63,999 nucleotides of DNA, filler included, from Basidiobolus ranarum (GCA_040143965.1; 22 parts of 22 records of this genome joined end to end with filler, not necessarily neighbours in it), one strand, 5' to 3'. Positions 12,378 to 24,284 are shown, counted from the first letter of the whole stretch. Numbers and translations: made by a program. Notes: generated by a model not told the origin, from the letters alone.

Positions 12378-12764
12378 TCAACTACTGAAATGATCTATAT
12401 TCATTTTTATTGAGGATCGGAGATGATTGCGTAGGGTAATGCTTCGTTTCTTTGTATGCCCACACATCCATCTTCCACACAAGTCGTGTAGATCTCGTTT
12501 GTCACTGATGGTTGGTGATTGCTCATTAATTGCTTGCTCATCAACTTTAGTAGGAGTAGTTTGCCTTGAGACACTAATTAGAGTTTCACTTTGGCCTACA
12601 AAAGAGATTTCCGCACGCCTGGTGTGACCACAGAACCACCTGCCACATAAGTCACGAAGGTCTCTTTTATCTTCCGTTGCAACCTTGAGATCTAGATCCA
12701 AAGGTAGACCTTGTATTGTTGAAGTGAGAACAGTAGACAGTAAAAATATACCGGTCAATTTCAT
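12378..12764 (-). CDS. Secreted Kex2-processed repeat peptide precursor, paralog E (128 aa)
   Basis: MKLTGIFLLSTVLTSTIQG-LP...DKR-DLRDLCGRWFCGHT-RR...DKR-DLHDLCGRWMCGHT-KKR-tail; TATA 12831-12840; motif at 12884-12892 and 13023-13031. Confidence 0.93.
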   Translation of the reverse strand: MKLTGIFLLSTVLTSTIQGLPLDLDLKVATEDKRDLRDLCGRWFCGHTRRAEISFVGQSETLISVSRQTTPTKVDEQAINEQSPTISDKRDLHDLCGRWMCGHTKKRSITLRNHLRSSIKMNIDHFSS

Positions 12765-13420
12765 AGTTGTATCAGAAATAGAATTAGTCGATAGAACAGT
12801 TTGAATAACACCATCTCCTCATTCATTCATTTTTATAGTTCAATGGCCAAGGCACTGACAAGTTGTATGAAGAAGTTGGTTTATTCCTAGAATGGTAGGT
12901 TATACAACTAATCTGAATGTCACTAACTCTACTAAATATTTCAATAATCATGAGAAGCTCTTTTGTTAAATGTTTCTTGAGAAAAAATACGATGAGACAG
13001 TGTCATTGATTCAGTTGCTTGATTCCTAGAATATCCAGTGATACAAAGTGATATCTCTGACCATTTTAAGATAAAGCAGGTTCACTTTGAAAATGTCCCG
13101 GTTGCTCTATCCAGATATATTGTCGATTATCATGATATGCATAGAACTCAGAAATACTAGTGATATTTTGGATTTGTTCTGGCTAGAGATCACTAGATTA
13201 AGACCAATGAACGAAAATTAAGGAGAAAAGATCAAAATTTATTTTAATAACTTGTTTGTTGACAAAAATGTTGGTAACAGCTGATACCAGGGGCGTGGAA
13301 ATATGCTTGCTGTACTGCTTACTGAGATATAGCCTTATTCCCAAAAGACTAGAAAGGTAATAGTAGGTAGCAGGCTGCTTTATGGTGTAATGCTTAACTG
13401 TTGAAATTGTTGACAGGTTC

Positions 13421-13774
13421 TTATTTTGAGAATCTGAGATTGCTACGGAGAGTAACACTTCTTTTTCTGGTATGTCCGCAGAACCATCTGCCACACAGGT
13501 CATGTAGATCCCGCTTGTTACTTGTGGCGGTAAGCGATTGCTCAATGACCGTTCTCTTTTCAACCTTAGTTTGTTCCGAATCGACGATTGGGGATTCATC
13601 TGTACCCACTATAGAGGCTTCTTCACGTTTGGTATGACCACAGAACCACCTGCCACATAAATCATGCAAATCCCTCTTGTCTCCAGCTAGTAATTTGGTA
13701 TCCTGACCAAAAGGTAGGCTTTGAGCAGTCATAGTAAGGATAGTAAAGATGATGGCTAAAGATGCAAATTTCAT
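13421..13774 (-). CDS. Secreted Kex2-processed repeat peptide precursor, paralog F (117 aa)
   Basis: MKFASLAIIFTILTMTAQS-LP...DKR-DLHDLCGRWFCGHT-KR...NKR-DLHDLCGRWFCGHT-RKR-tail; ATG 13774; TATA 13851-13860; TTCGCAGAA 13923-13931. Confidence 0.93.
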   Translation of the reverse strand: MKFASLAIIFTILTMTAQSLPFGQDTKLLAGDKRDLHDLCGRWFCGHTKREEASIVGTDESPIVDSEQTKVEKRTVIEQSLTATSNKRDLHDLCGRWFCGHTRKRSVTLRSNLRFSK

Positions 13775-14643
13775 GGTTTTTGTTGAAAGATAATTGAGTT
13801 TGCTATTGTAGCAGAGTAATGTTATGTATTTCATCCCGTCGTTTGACTGCTTATATAGTTTGATCATCATATCTCCAATGCAAGAGTGGTGAGAAGTTAG
13901 TTCTTCGTTCTCAGTAGCTTCATTCGCAGAATATAAGCTAGGTAACACGAGCTGAAAATAGATAAATCAGGTTGCCTTCCTCACAACACGCCGATCTTAA
14001 TATGTCATTCTGTAAGATAGAGACAAGATGGAAAGATGGGATTTTTATTGGCCGAGGGAATGGGTGATGTCAATTGAAGATCAAATAGCCAAATGCTTCA
14101 TGTACTCAAGATACAGTATACTAAAATCTGCCTACAATTGAGTGAATTTTCTGGTGGTATCAAGAGGATCTCAGAAAGCAGACAACTATCATTTCATTTC
14201 TTACCGGATATCGGTTCAAGCGATAAATCCACTGTTGTATATTTGAGTTTAGAGACGCGATATATTTTATTACTAGCTCGATATTTCACGCTCATGGTAG
14301 ATGAGTATACTGTTAACGGGCTGTATTTTTATTAGGACTAGATAGCTTATTACGTAGATTAATTATTCAGAAGTTAAGATAGTAAGCATAGATTACACTA
14401 CAACAGATTTGTTGACAAAATGGTAAGAGATGACTGACTCTTGGAACGCGAAAAATCATTTGGCGCGTATTAGCTAAAGTGTAAGGAAAATCCACAGGAC
14501 TAACCTCAAAAACAAAGTTAACCATAGATAAAAGCTTAGACAANNNNNNNNNNNNNNNNNNNNNNNNNNNNNNNNNNNNNNNNNNNNTTAATTAATTAAN
14601 NNNNNNNNNNNNNNNNNNNNNNNNNNNNNNNNNNNNNNNNNNN

Positions 14644-17469
14644 GGAGCTCTATTTAGACTATATTTCAGCTACACCATCAGCAAAATTGGAAGATGTACT
14701 CTATGTACCAAATACAGCCAAGAATATACACTCAGAAAGTCAAGCAACAACTCAAAGACTAAAGGTTGCATTCAACAAGGTTGGATGCACTAGCATAGAT
14801 CAGAATAATACCAAATTAGCCATGGCAATCAAAACTCAAACTCATACAAGCTAGAAGTCAACAAGTTGCATTTGAGCATGCAAACATGGCCAAAACCAGT
14901 CAGAAAAGCTGTTAAACATGGCATGGAAGATTAGGTCACATTGGAGAATGTAAACTGACACAAATGATCTGAAATCAGCTTGTTTTGGGCTGAGATATTG
15001 ATAATATCACTAAATTGGATATGTGTGAAGGTTGCATATTTGGAAAGTGTCACAAAAAGCCATTTTAAGCTGTGGAGAGATTAAATGCACTCAGAATTTT
15101 GCACTGGTGCCTTCTGACCTTGGTAGCCCCATGAAAAATTTCTCACTTGGTGGCAAAAGGTACTTTATGATATGTATCAATGAAAAAACAAGATACACCT
15201 GGGTATTCTTTCTCCAATCAGAATCTGAAGCCTTAGCTACACCTAAGCACTACAAAGCAATGGTAGACAAAGAATCAGCACAAAAAACAATGGTACTATG
15301 GAGTGATAATGGTGGAGAACACTGCTCTAAAGACATAGCTAGGTTCTTTTCTAAAAATGGAATTGAGCAATAGGAGCACCATGGTGGAGATGGCAAGATC
15401 AATGTTACATGATCAAAAGTTAGATTACCAAGATTGAGCTGAAACTGTCTCCACTGCAATTCATGTCAAGACCAGCTGCCAAACCAGATTCCTACCACAT
15501 TCGACTCCATTTGAACCACTGTACGGATCAAAACCAAGTGTGAATCATTGCAGGATCTTTGATTGCACAGCATCTTGCCTGATTCCAGCTCAAAAATCCT
15601 CTAAAATGGAAATCAAAAACAGATAATGCATTTATCTTGTTTACTTTGATGGATCCAAGGCCTACAGATCTGTTTAATTCCAAAAATCAAAAGTTAAATA
15701 AGTGGAGACGTGATTTTTGATGAAAAAGCAAACTGGCTTGATCCAGAGAACACAATCAGCACTATTCAGGAAGTGTCTGATGGAAATCCAGCTGTACCTG
15801 AGTGCTATTCAACTACAATTCCAGCACAATTAAAATTGAAGAATGACTGAGGACCCTAAAGATGATCCAGATGGAGGAATCAGCCTGGAAACTGGTAGAA
15901 CACTTTCATTGAAATTTTCTATGCTTATGCAGCATTCAGTGATAGGCCACAGACTTTAGATCAAGCTCTGGAGTGTCCAGAATCAAATTATTTGAAACAG
16001 CAATGGATGATGAGTTATCTTCACTTCTGGGCAATGAAATGTGGGTTTGAAGTCCTCTGCCAGCAGGGTGAAAGCAAATAGGTTGCAAATGGGTTGACAA
16101 AGTCAAGAAGCAAGCTGATGGAACTATAGAAAGGTACACAGCAAAATTAGTTGTAAAAGGTTATTCCTTAACTCCCAGAGTTGATCTCAATGAAACTTTT
16201 GCTCCTGTAGCTAAGTTTAGCTCTGTTAGATCAAACCTTGCACTCTTGGCCTTGAATAACCTTGATCTACATCTAATGCATGCTAAAACAGCTTTTCCAA
16301 ATGGAAATCTAAAAGAAAAAATACATATGAACCAACCAGATGGATTATTTGTCCCAAACACCCCTGATATGGTCTGTAAACAGCAAAAAATGCACTAATG
16401 ACTAAAGCAAGCACCTGGGGCTTGGTACAACAAGATAGATACCTATTTGCAATTACTGGAATTTCAAAAATGCACAGCAGATCACAGTATTTATGTCATA
16501 ACAACCCAAAATAGGATTCTTATTTTGGAACAATATTTGGATGACTTGATCATAGCCACAAATGATATAGAGCCACTTATTCTGACAAAAAAGCTTATCA
16601 AACCAATTTCTGACAACTGATACAGGAAATTTGGTTCTTTTCTTGGATTCCAAATTGAACAGAGATAAACTCAATCAGAAAATCCGACTGATTAAGTCTA
16701 GATACATCTTAGACACTTTAAAGTGCCTCAACATGGAGAATTGTAAGCCTGTATCAGCTCCAATGGGTCCCAATATGAAATTGATCTAAATTGTATTAAA
16801 TTTGGTCAAAGTTACTCAAACCAAATCCAAGACTTCCTTTAAAAGATCCTGGTGGTTGGTTACTATACACAATGGTTGGAACATGTCCAGACATTGCTGT
16901 GACCATGGGAATTGTCAACCAATATCTCAAAAATCTAGGGTCCAACCACTGAGAAGCAACAAAAGGGGCAAGATGGTTTGAAAAACTTTTAACAGATTAA
17001 TGTTATTCTCAAAGCTAATTGATACAATATTCCAAGACAATGTAAGGTGTAAAAAATTAGCTAGAAATCCAATGTTTCATAATAGAAGCAATGATATAGT
17101 TATTAGACATCACACAATTAGAGCAACTATAAAGAATGAGTTTGCAGACTTAACTAATAGTGCCATGAAAGACATGATAGCAGATATATCAACATGGCCA
17201 TTTGTTGAAATTAGGTAGATAGCAACTCATTATTTATTAGTTAGCTTATGCTATTCTGATTTTTTAGCACTAAATTCTGCCATTCATAAATGTGTGTTTA
17301 TTGTAATACATAGAAATATCAATTTTGTCACTTTTACCAATTTTCTCTATTTTCTCAAACCTCTCTAAATCACCTCAAATTTTCACCCAAGCTTAACAGG
17401 CATGACAGTTATGACCTAAGCATGTCCAATAGATCTATTTCATATTAAACTAGGAATAGTACATATTCA
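14644..17469 (+). mobile_element. Decayed Ty1/copia element (integrase, RT, RNase H) with 3' LTR from about 17203
   Basis: SDNGGE, ETFAPVAK, NPMFHNRS motifs with many stops; TGTTGAAA LTR start. Confidence 0.88.
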
Positions 17470-17569
17470 NNNNNNNNNNNNNNNNNNNNNNNNNNNNNNN
17501 NNNNNNNNNNNNNTTAATTAATTAANNNNNNNNNNNNNNNNNNNNNNNNNNNNNNNNNNNNNNNNNNNN

Positions 17570-17630
17570 TTGAAAATGAAGGAAATAATTGATATTGAAA
17601 ATGAAGGAAATATTTGATATTGAAAATGAA
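17570..17630. repeat. Short tandem repeat, about 25-bp unit (ttgaaaatgaaggaaata(a/t)ttgata)
   Basis: About 2.5 copies at contig start. Confidence 0.7.
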
Positions 17631-18589
17631 TAATTGGTATGTGACGAATATACTGTTCTGTTAACTATGTAAATGAATAGAAGCAGTCTTAAGACAAGTT
17701 ATAGACAATATGACATCATACACAGTGGAGAATATATCTCATGAATTCTTATCAATAGGTTCGAAAATTCTAGTGAGACCAGTTAAGAAAAGTGTGCGAC
17801 AATAGCAATCTGAATCGAAATGAAAATATGTTATATTGTCACGAAATATTCTGCTTGTTTCATGCTAGTTCTGACAAACATCATATCTCTCAACAATTTA
17901 AGCCTTGAAGGTAACTCTTCAAGCAGCTTCTTCAACCCAACTCCTATCATCTATAGCATGGTCTGGAAAAACTTGTTATGATCAAAGAAATATATTAGAT
18001 GACTTATTCTGTTTTGCTAGCTACAACAAACATATGCATCAAAACAGAATTTATTTAAGGGAATATGTTTGATAGCATGACTGATTATAAACAATGGGAT
18101 AAGAAAGAATGAGTTTCGTTCAAAATTGAAGAGATTGAGATCAAAAGCAAGCGGAATCTACTTTTTATGCTCTCATTCCTGAGATCAGGATATAAAAGGC
18201 TCTGGTATGCATCGCAATATTGATTGACCTCTTTCAACTAATATATTCATGCTGAGTAATAGAGTATATGTGAATTGATAGTAAGGAATTTATATGAGGA
18301 ACAACATACCTACTTTGCTCCCTGTATCACATACCAAATTCCCAAGCCCTAAAAGGCTACATAGAATGCCTAACTATGATAATGGCAAACGTCGGCCCAG
18401 TCAGAACACTGGCCATTGGTGAAGAGAAACTGGAGAGGACAAGCGCAGAGTTCAGTGACAGCATAAATATTTACTTGCTTTAAACAAGAGCAAATTCTAC
18501 TTCATCTCGAACAATGCAAGGGGCTTGCGATGGACTAATTTATTGGATGCTGAGTCCTGTTTTATGATTCTCTTACCTCTGACACGTAA

Positions 18590-18662
18590 GGCCCTGTAGC
18601 TCAGTGGATAGAGCGTCCGCCTCCTAAGCGGAAGGTCCCGGGTTCGACCCCCGGTTGGGTTG
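18590..18662 (+). tRNA. tRNA-Arg (anticodon CCT)
   Basis: D arm GCTC/GAGC, anticodon arm TCCGC-CTCCTAA-GCGGA, T arm CCGGG-TTCGACC-CCCGG, TTTTT terminator at 18664; acceptor stem is G-U rich. Confidence 0.9.
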
Positions 18663-19022
18663 CTTTTTGACATTACATTCTGGTTTTAAGATACCATGTA
18701 TCTTGTTTAATAATCTAGCAAAGTGCTCAAATCTATATGTATTGAAGCACCAAGTTGAGTTTTTTGACAATTGTCTATGAAAAATGGCATTCCCTTGGCA
18801 AAGTTACCGTCATGCCCTTAATAGTTGGTTAGGTAGATGCAGCTCATCTGAGCATTATATTATGTACGCAAACTTGATTGAAGAGTATTGCTACGCTCAT
18901 CATGATTTTTGCGGTATTAGTTAAGTGGTTTATTTTAATATCAAACAAAAATTAATAAATACACATCAAAGTTTTATCTGTTTACAATGTTGACGAGATA
19001 CTTAGTTTGATGTATGCATTTC

Positions 19023-19872
19023 TCAAGCCTCATGAAGATTTTCTCTGGCTTGACCATGAGTTGCTTGACCTTCTGACTTTAACTGTTCATTTCCTAATAT
19101 AGAGCCAGCTGCTTGCTTGATTTTTCCTAAGAGCATACTACCCAATGCAGAGGTGGTGCCTGTTTCCGCATCAGTAGAGTCATCACGATGGATGGGAGTG
19201 TTATTGGTTGTATCACTTAATCCATGCTTATTCTGGCTTCTACCAGATAAATCTCTGTGGGAAAGATGATTGTTAGTCTCTAGATTACCGCTGGGACTGC
19301 GGTTGGCAAGACTGTGCTCGCCACTTAATGCATCCTTTGAATCAATACGAGAAGAGTCTCTGAGAGTATTGTCACATTCCAAAAATATATGATGGATTTT
19401 CTCGTTATTTAGGCCAGTTGTATTCAAGTCACGATTATCAACATCTGGTACTTTTACACCTCTCTGAGGTTGAGTAGAATGGCTGCTGTAATGTTCAGAA
19501 CGGTCATCTCTATCTGCCAAATTACTCAAATGAGAGCCAACAGCGACTCCTCCAGCTCCAAGAGTGTTAGTATAGCTGCAAACCTTATCATCAACTCCGT
19601 GGTTTGATTGTTTCGTGGTTATCAGACAAAGCGGAATTCAATCCGTGACTAGAGTTAGCATAACTTCCGAAACTTTTACCAACTGCACTATCTCGGTGCG
19701 TACTATTTTCTTGATAGGTAGGAAGAATGGGAGCACCACTCGCCACTCCACTAGCAGCTCCCGAGCCTAGAGCGTTTACAAAATGACTAGAATGACGTTT
19801 ATCACCGTGGGTGTCGGAGTCCAACCCTGGGTTGACTCCAAATTCACTAGATCTTCCAAGCTTACTGGCCAC
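19023..19872 (-). pseudogene. Hydrophilic LEA/CsbD-like stress protein, apparently frameshifted near 19600
   Basis: C-terminal LGKIKQAAGSILGNEQLKSEGQA is CsbD-like; two His/Ser/Asp-rich ORFs join by a 1-nt shift; possible upstream intron (GTAAGT ~19964, TACTAAC ~19890). Confidence 0.55.
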
Positions 19873-20494
19873 GTTTGTATGATCAGGTTAGTATGCCAGA
19901 AATACGAAAGTGACATTTTCTCTTGTTCATGCTTTCCAACATTTAGTAAGTAACTGCAACTTACCCTAACCTTAATCAAATAGATTATGTCAAATGTAAG
20001 GGTGTTGTTTTCAAAATTTAGATACTATCTAAATATTTTTTGAATCCCAGAAATCGCTAAGCTTCCCATTATGTACCTGGCAAGTATAAAGGGAGTACTA
20101 GAGATATGTGAACAAATTGGATCATGTGCACATGCCACGGTGATTGGGTATCTTACGGTCAAGTCACTGCCATGACAACTATTCAGTTGTCTTGAGTGCT
20201 CTAGATGGAAAGTCAACAATTAGGAACCAGCTACCAATAACCATTTATTTGGTCTGTGGGAAATTGTGCCGATGCGTTGACCATATCTCTCATTCTTTAA
20301 TATCAGGATAAAATTTTGGATATTCACCAAGTTCAAACATTGTTATCAATTACTTGCCTTTTGTTGTGACAATTGTTACATTTGCTATCTGATTNNNNNN
20401 NNNNNNNNNNNNNNNNNNNNNNNNNNNNNNNNNNNNNNTTAATTAATTAANNNNNNNNNNNNNNNNNNNNNNNNNNNNNNNNNNNNNNNNNNNN

Positions 20495-22200
20495 AGTTGA
20501 ACTTTGCTCAGCTATTGATTTACTATGTAATTGGGGGATTACAATCTCTTCACTAGCACTATTGCTGGAAAGGAACACGTCTGGTAAATTGATTAATGCT
20601 TCATCATTGCTTGAGTTAGTTTCTGGCATGTTCATGACTTCCAAAGGCGATAGTGGATTGCTAGACTGCTCATCAATTATGTCCTCTGTTCTTGCTGGTT
20701 TTTTTCCTTTTGTGCCAGCAGGCTTTGGCTTGGAAGCCAATTTGGACTTAGCTTTTGAATGCTTTTTGAATGACATTGCAATTTTCAGATGTGAAACTTG
20801 GTGTAATGAAATTGCTTTGAAACAGCTTATAATGAACCAAAATTGCCATCCATTACCGGAGATATCTTGTAAATCCTCTGATGACTCATCTGTGACACCT
20901 TCTCAAAATCAGCTAATGAAATTGATAGGCTATACCTGATATACCACCCTTATGTAGAAGGTATTCCTTTTCCACAAGATCCTTCTCATGCCACAACACA
21001 AACATTTAAAGAAGCCCTTCCACTTTTGTCACAAATTCTTATGCTATTGCAGCCAGAGGCTTCATAGAAAAAGAATCACAAGCATGGTCACTGTACAAAG
21101 CCACCAGCTGCACAAAGCCTGGTGTATAAAAACAGTAATAAGTGCACTAAATTGACTTACGTTTTGCCAATTGAGTCCACTGACTGCAGTTTGCCCCAAA
21201 GTTTTGGTAACACTCCCAACAGTCAAGATATCATGGAGTTATAGCAGTTACATGACTAGAGAGATGTAGATAGAAATGTAACTTTGTTGAACCACTAAGT
21301 CTAGACAACTTTGAGGACATGCTGCTAGATGTTGACCTTGGTTATTGCAGTACTGATGGTGGTTTATCAGAAGTTGAAGAAGAGGATGATGGTTTTTTAC
21401 CCACTATTTGTAATTGGCAAGCCTTAGTCTACTCATAACACTTACAGTAAAGAAAGCAGCAGTGATTATTAAGGAGTGGAGAGTTCAATGTAATCTTAGC
21501 AGCCAGGTGTTTACTGGTTTTCTTACACTTTTACAACAGTTGATTGGTAACTCTTGCTTGCCACAGACCTGGTACAAGTGGAAAACAATTGTCAATCTTA
21601 TGACTTATATTCCTTTAGTAATTAAACTGCCTTCATGTCCAAATGGTTGTTTGTCTTTCACCAATGATCTGAAAAACTTGAAGTCATGTACTGTTTGTAC
21701 ACAATTGGCATTCATTGCTTCAGGTAAATATTGTTGATATTTGGCTTTCATACCATTGATTCCACATCTCAAAGTTTTGAAGAAATTACCCAAATATAGA
21801 TCATTCATCCAATACCAAAGTACACATCATCAAGCTGATGGTGTTACTAATATACTTGATGGATATCACTACCGGAATCTGAAAAGTCAAGGTGTCTTTG
21901 AGAACATGTAGGACCATGCATTTGCATTGGCTCTGGATGGTTTCTTGCTAAACAAATATACCATTGGAAAGGCTTGCTGGCCAATAATTTTAAATAACTT
22001 AAATTTTCCTCCTTCCAAATGGAATAAAAGTCATAATATTTTGATACTATCCATCATATCTGGACCTAAATCACCAGTGCTCATGGATAGCTTCTTGGAG
22101 CCTTTGATTACAGAATTCAAAAGGTTATCTAATGGGGTTCAGATGGGCGAATATTTTATTAATGCTAATATCATTGTATGTATTGGTGACACTCCTATCC
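20495..22200 (+). mobile_element. CACTA-like element: transposase relic (+, about 20930-22200) and divergent Lys-rich ORF (-, 20495-20776)
   Basis: CPNGC...CTVC zinc motif, ALDGF, IISGPKSP; MSFKKH ORF repeated at 27363-27710. Confidence 0.75.
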
Positions 22201-24284
22201 TTAACAAAAATTTGAGGATTGTTATTGTAGGAAAACTGTCACAATTTTAATATATTTGGGATAGACTGTTTACTTACCATCATAAAATCATCAAGTTAGA
22301 TTTGATTTTAATCAATTTTTTCAGTTTCAGAAGTGAAATTTCAAGATCTTGCAAAATAGTTGCATGTGATTGGCCAAAATCTCAGAGAACTATAGATCAA
22401 CACAGGTGCAAAAAACGTGACTCAAATTTTACACAATGACCACTTGAACACTAATTTGTCACCTTCAAAATCCCTAGTCTCTTTGATATATTCTCCTGAA
22501 TATTTTTAAAGAGTCATTCATACCCAAGGTTTAGCTCATACCCAACACCAGTTTGTGTCAATATCTCCATTAAAGCCCATCATTGTATTAACGTTGCTGA
22601 ATCAACATTCTTTCAGCTATCTGGTGGATACCCTGCGGTATTGTGCCACTCCGTATCAGGTTCTTCCTAGATACCTGCAGGGTCCACACCAGACTGAATG
22701 TCAAGTTCAATGTTCTTCTTCTGAAGCCACTTTCTGCATACTTGCACTGTATTTTTCCTTCATACTTTTGAAAATACTCCTCATGCACTTTGACTATTTT
22801 TGTATGTCCTTGTAGTGTGACAGTACTGAGGGTGCTTTGCGGTGTTTGTGTGGCTTTTTGTTTGCCTTTACCTTTGGGACTAATTTAAGCACTTTGAAAA
22901 GTACCAGTTGAGGTTGGAGAGCTGTGAGTTTTATTTGCTGGTGTTTTGGCTTGTTGAGAGGTGCTGGGTGTTGGATAAACTTCTGATTTTAGCACTCTTC
23001 CAACTGGTGTACCCAGTTCCATGGTGAAATGAAGCTTTTTTGCCAACATATCTGACTCTGGAATTGCAGATCTTTGTAATGGTGTGAATAATTTGGTAAG
23101 TGGGACAGTAGAGCCTAAACTAACTGGCTCCTTTGCTTTTCCCTTGGGTTTAATAACTTCCTGCTCCTTCAGTACTTCTTTAGCTACTTTTCTTTCTTGT
23201 CCAAGTCAAGAATTGCATACATTTTGAGATGTTTCATGAATTGGCATATACTAGCCCAATTGCCATTTGCTTGCAAAAACCCAGGATAAGCCACATGAAA
23301 TAAGTCAAGAACCTTCAGNNNNNNNNNNNNNNNNNNNNNNNNNNNNNNNNNNNNNNNNNNNNTTAATTAATTAANNNNNNNNNNNNNNNNNNNNNNNNNN
23401 NNNNNNNNNNNNNNNNNNGTCGTGACCAAAGCTGTATTGCGGATACCATCATCTATAAATCTAACTGATTCACAGCAGAATTGACAGCGGGATCTACTTC
23501 TGGTAACTACTTATGGAGAGAGTGGTATCTGAATGATGGGGAGGGTACTAGAGATATGATGATGCTAAACTCTTGCTATCTTCCCATATTAGGTCCATGG
23601 CTAGTCTTAGGGACAGACAGAAATGGATGCATTAGGATCAGAGTCAAGTCAGTGGGGCTCTTAGTGAAAGCAGACTCTGGAATAGATTAAGAAACTCGAT
23701 AGACTAAAAATGAAATTACTGATCCCCTCCACAACTCCTTAAACACTAATTCTATATGTGGACAGAAATGAAGGTCAAGCACCATAATTTTGTCAAGTTA
23801 GCGCATACTCCGAGTTGGGTTTGCATTATACTCGGGATCAAGCTATTCAGTATATTTGATTGATATGGAAAATGACCAGCCAATGTGAGATTCAGCAAGC
23901 AATCCCTTATTAGCCTTGCACGTAAATGATCGCCCTAAGGCATGCAGATCCCAATTGTATGCGTGAATCAATATTAAGTGTATATTAAGAGTAGAGAGAT
24001 GTCACTCTATTTGGTGGTGCCACGGATAGCATCTAAGTATTTTATTGGCCCATCAACTGGTTTACTTAGACACTATAAGCGTAATACATAATAAATACTA
24101 TCAAACAGTCTCATACAATAATAATAGATTTTCAAACGACGGAGAGGAAACAATCAGATACAAGAGTTTTAGTTATATTACTCGTGATACAATACGCCAA
24201 TATTATCAATTCATATAGTTTGATGCTCTTCTAACCGCTCTATATAAACATAGGCCCCAGCGCGGTTAATCGAAATATGTTACA

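Noticed and set aside
4596-13637. Plus-strand ORFs with WPQNHLPHRSCRS repeats (4596, 12427, 13401)
   Set aside because: Antisense shadows of the peptide precursor genes
13775-13948. N-terminal extensions of paralogs F and B given in the ORF track
   Set aside because: They start at non-ATG codons upstream of the family signal-peptide ATG; F's extension spans its own TATA box
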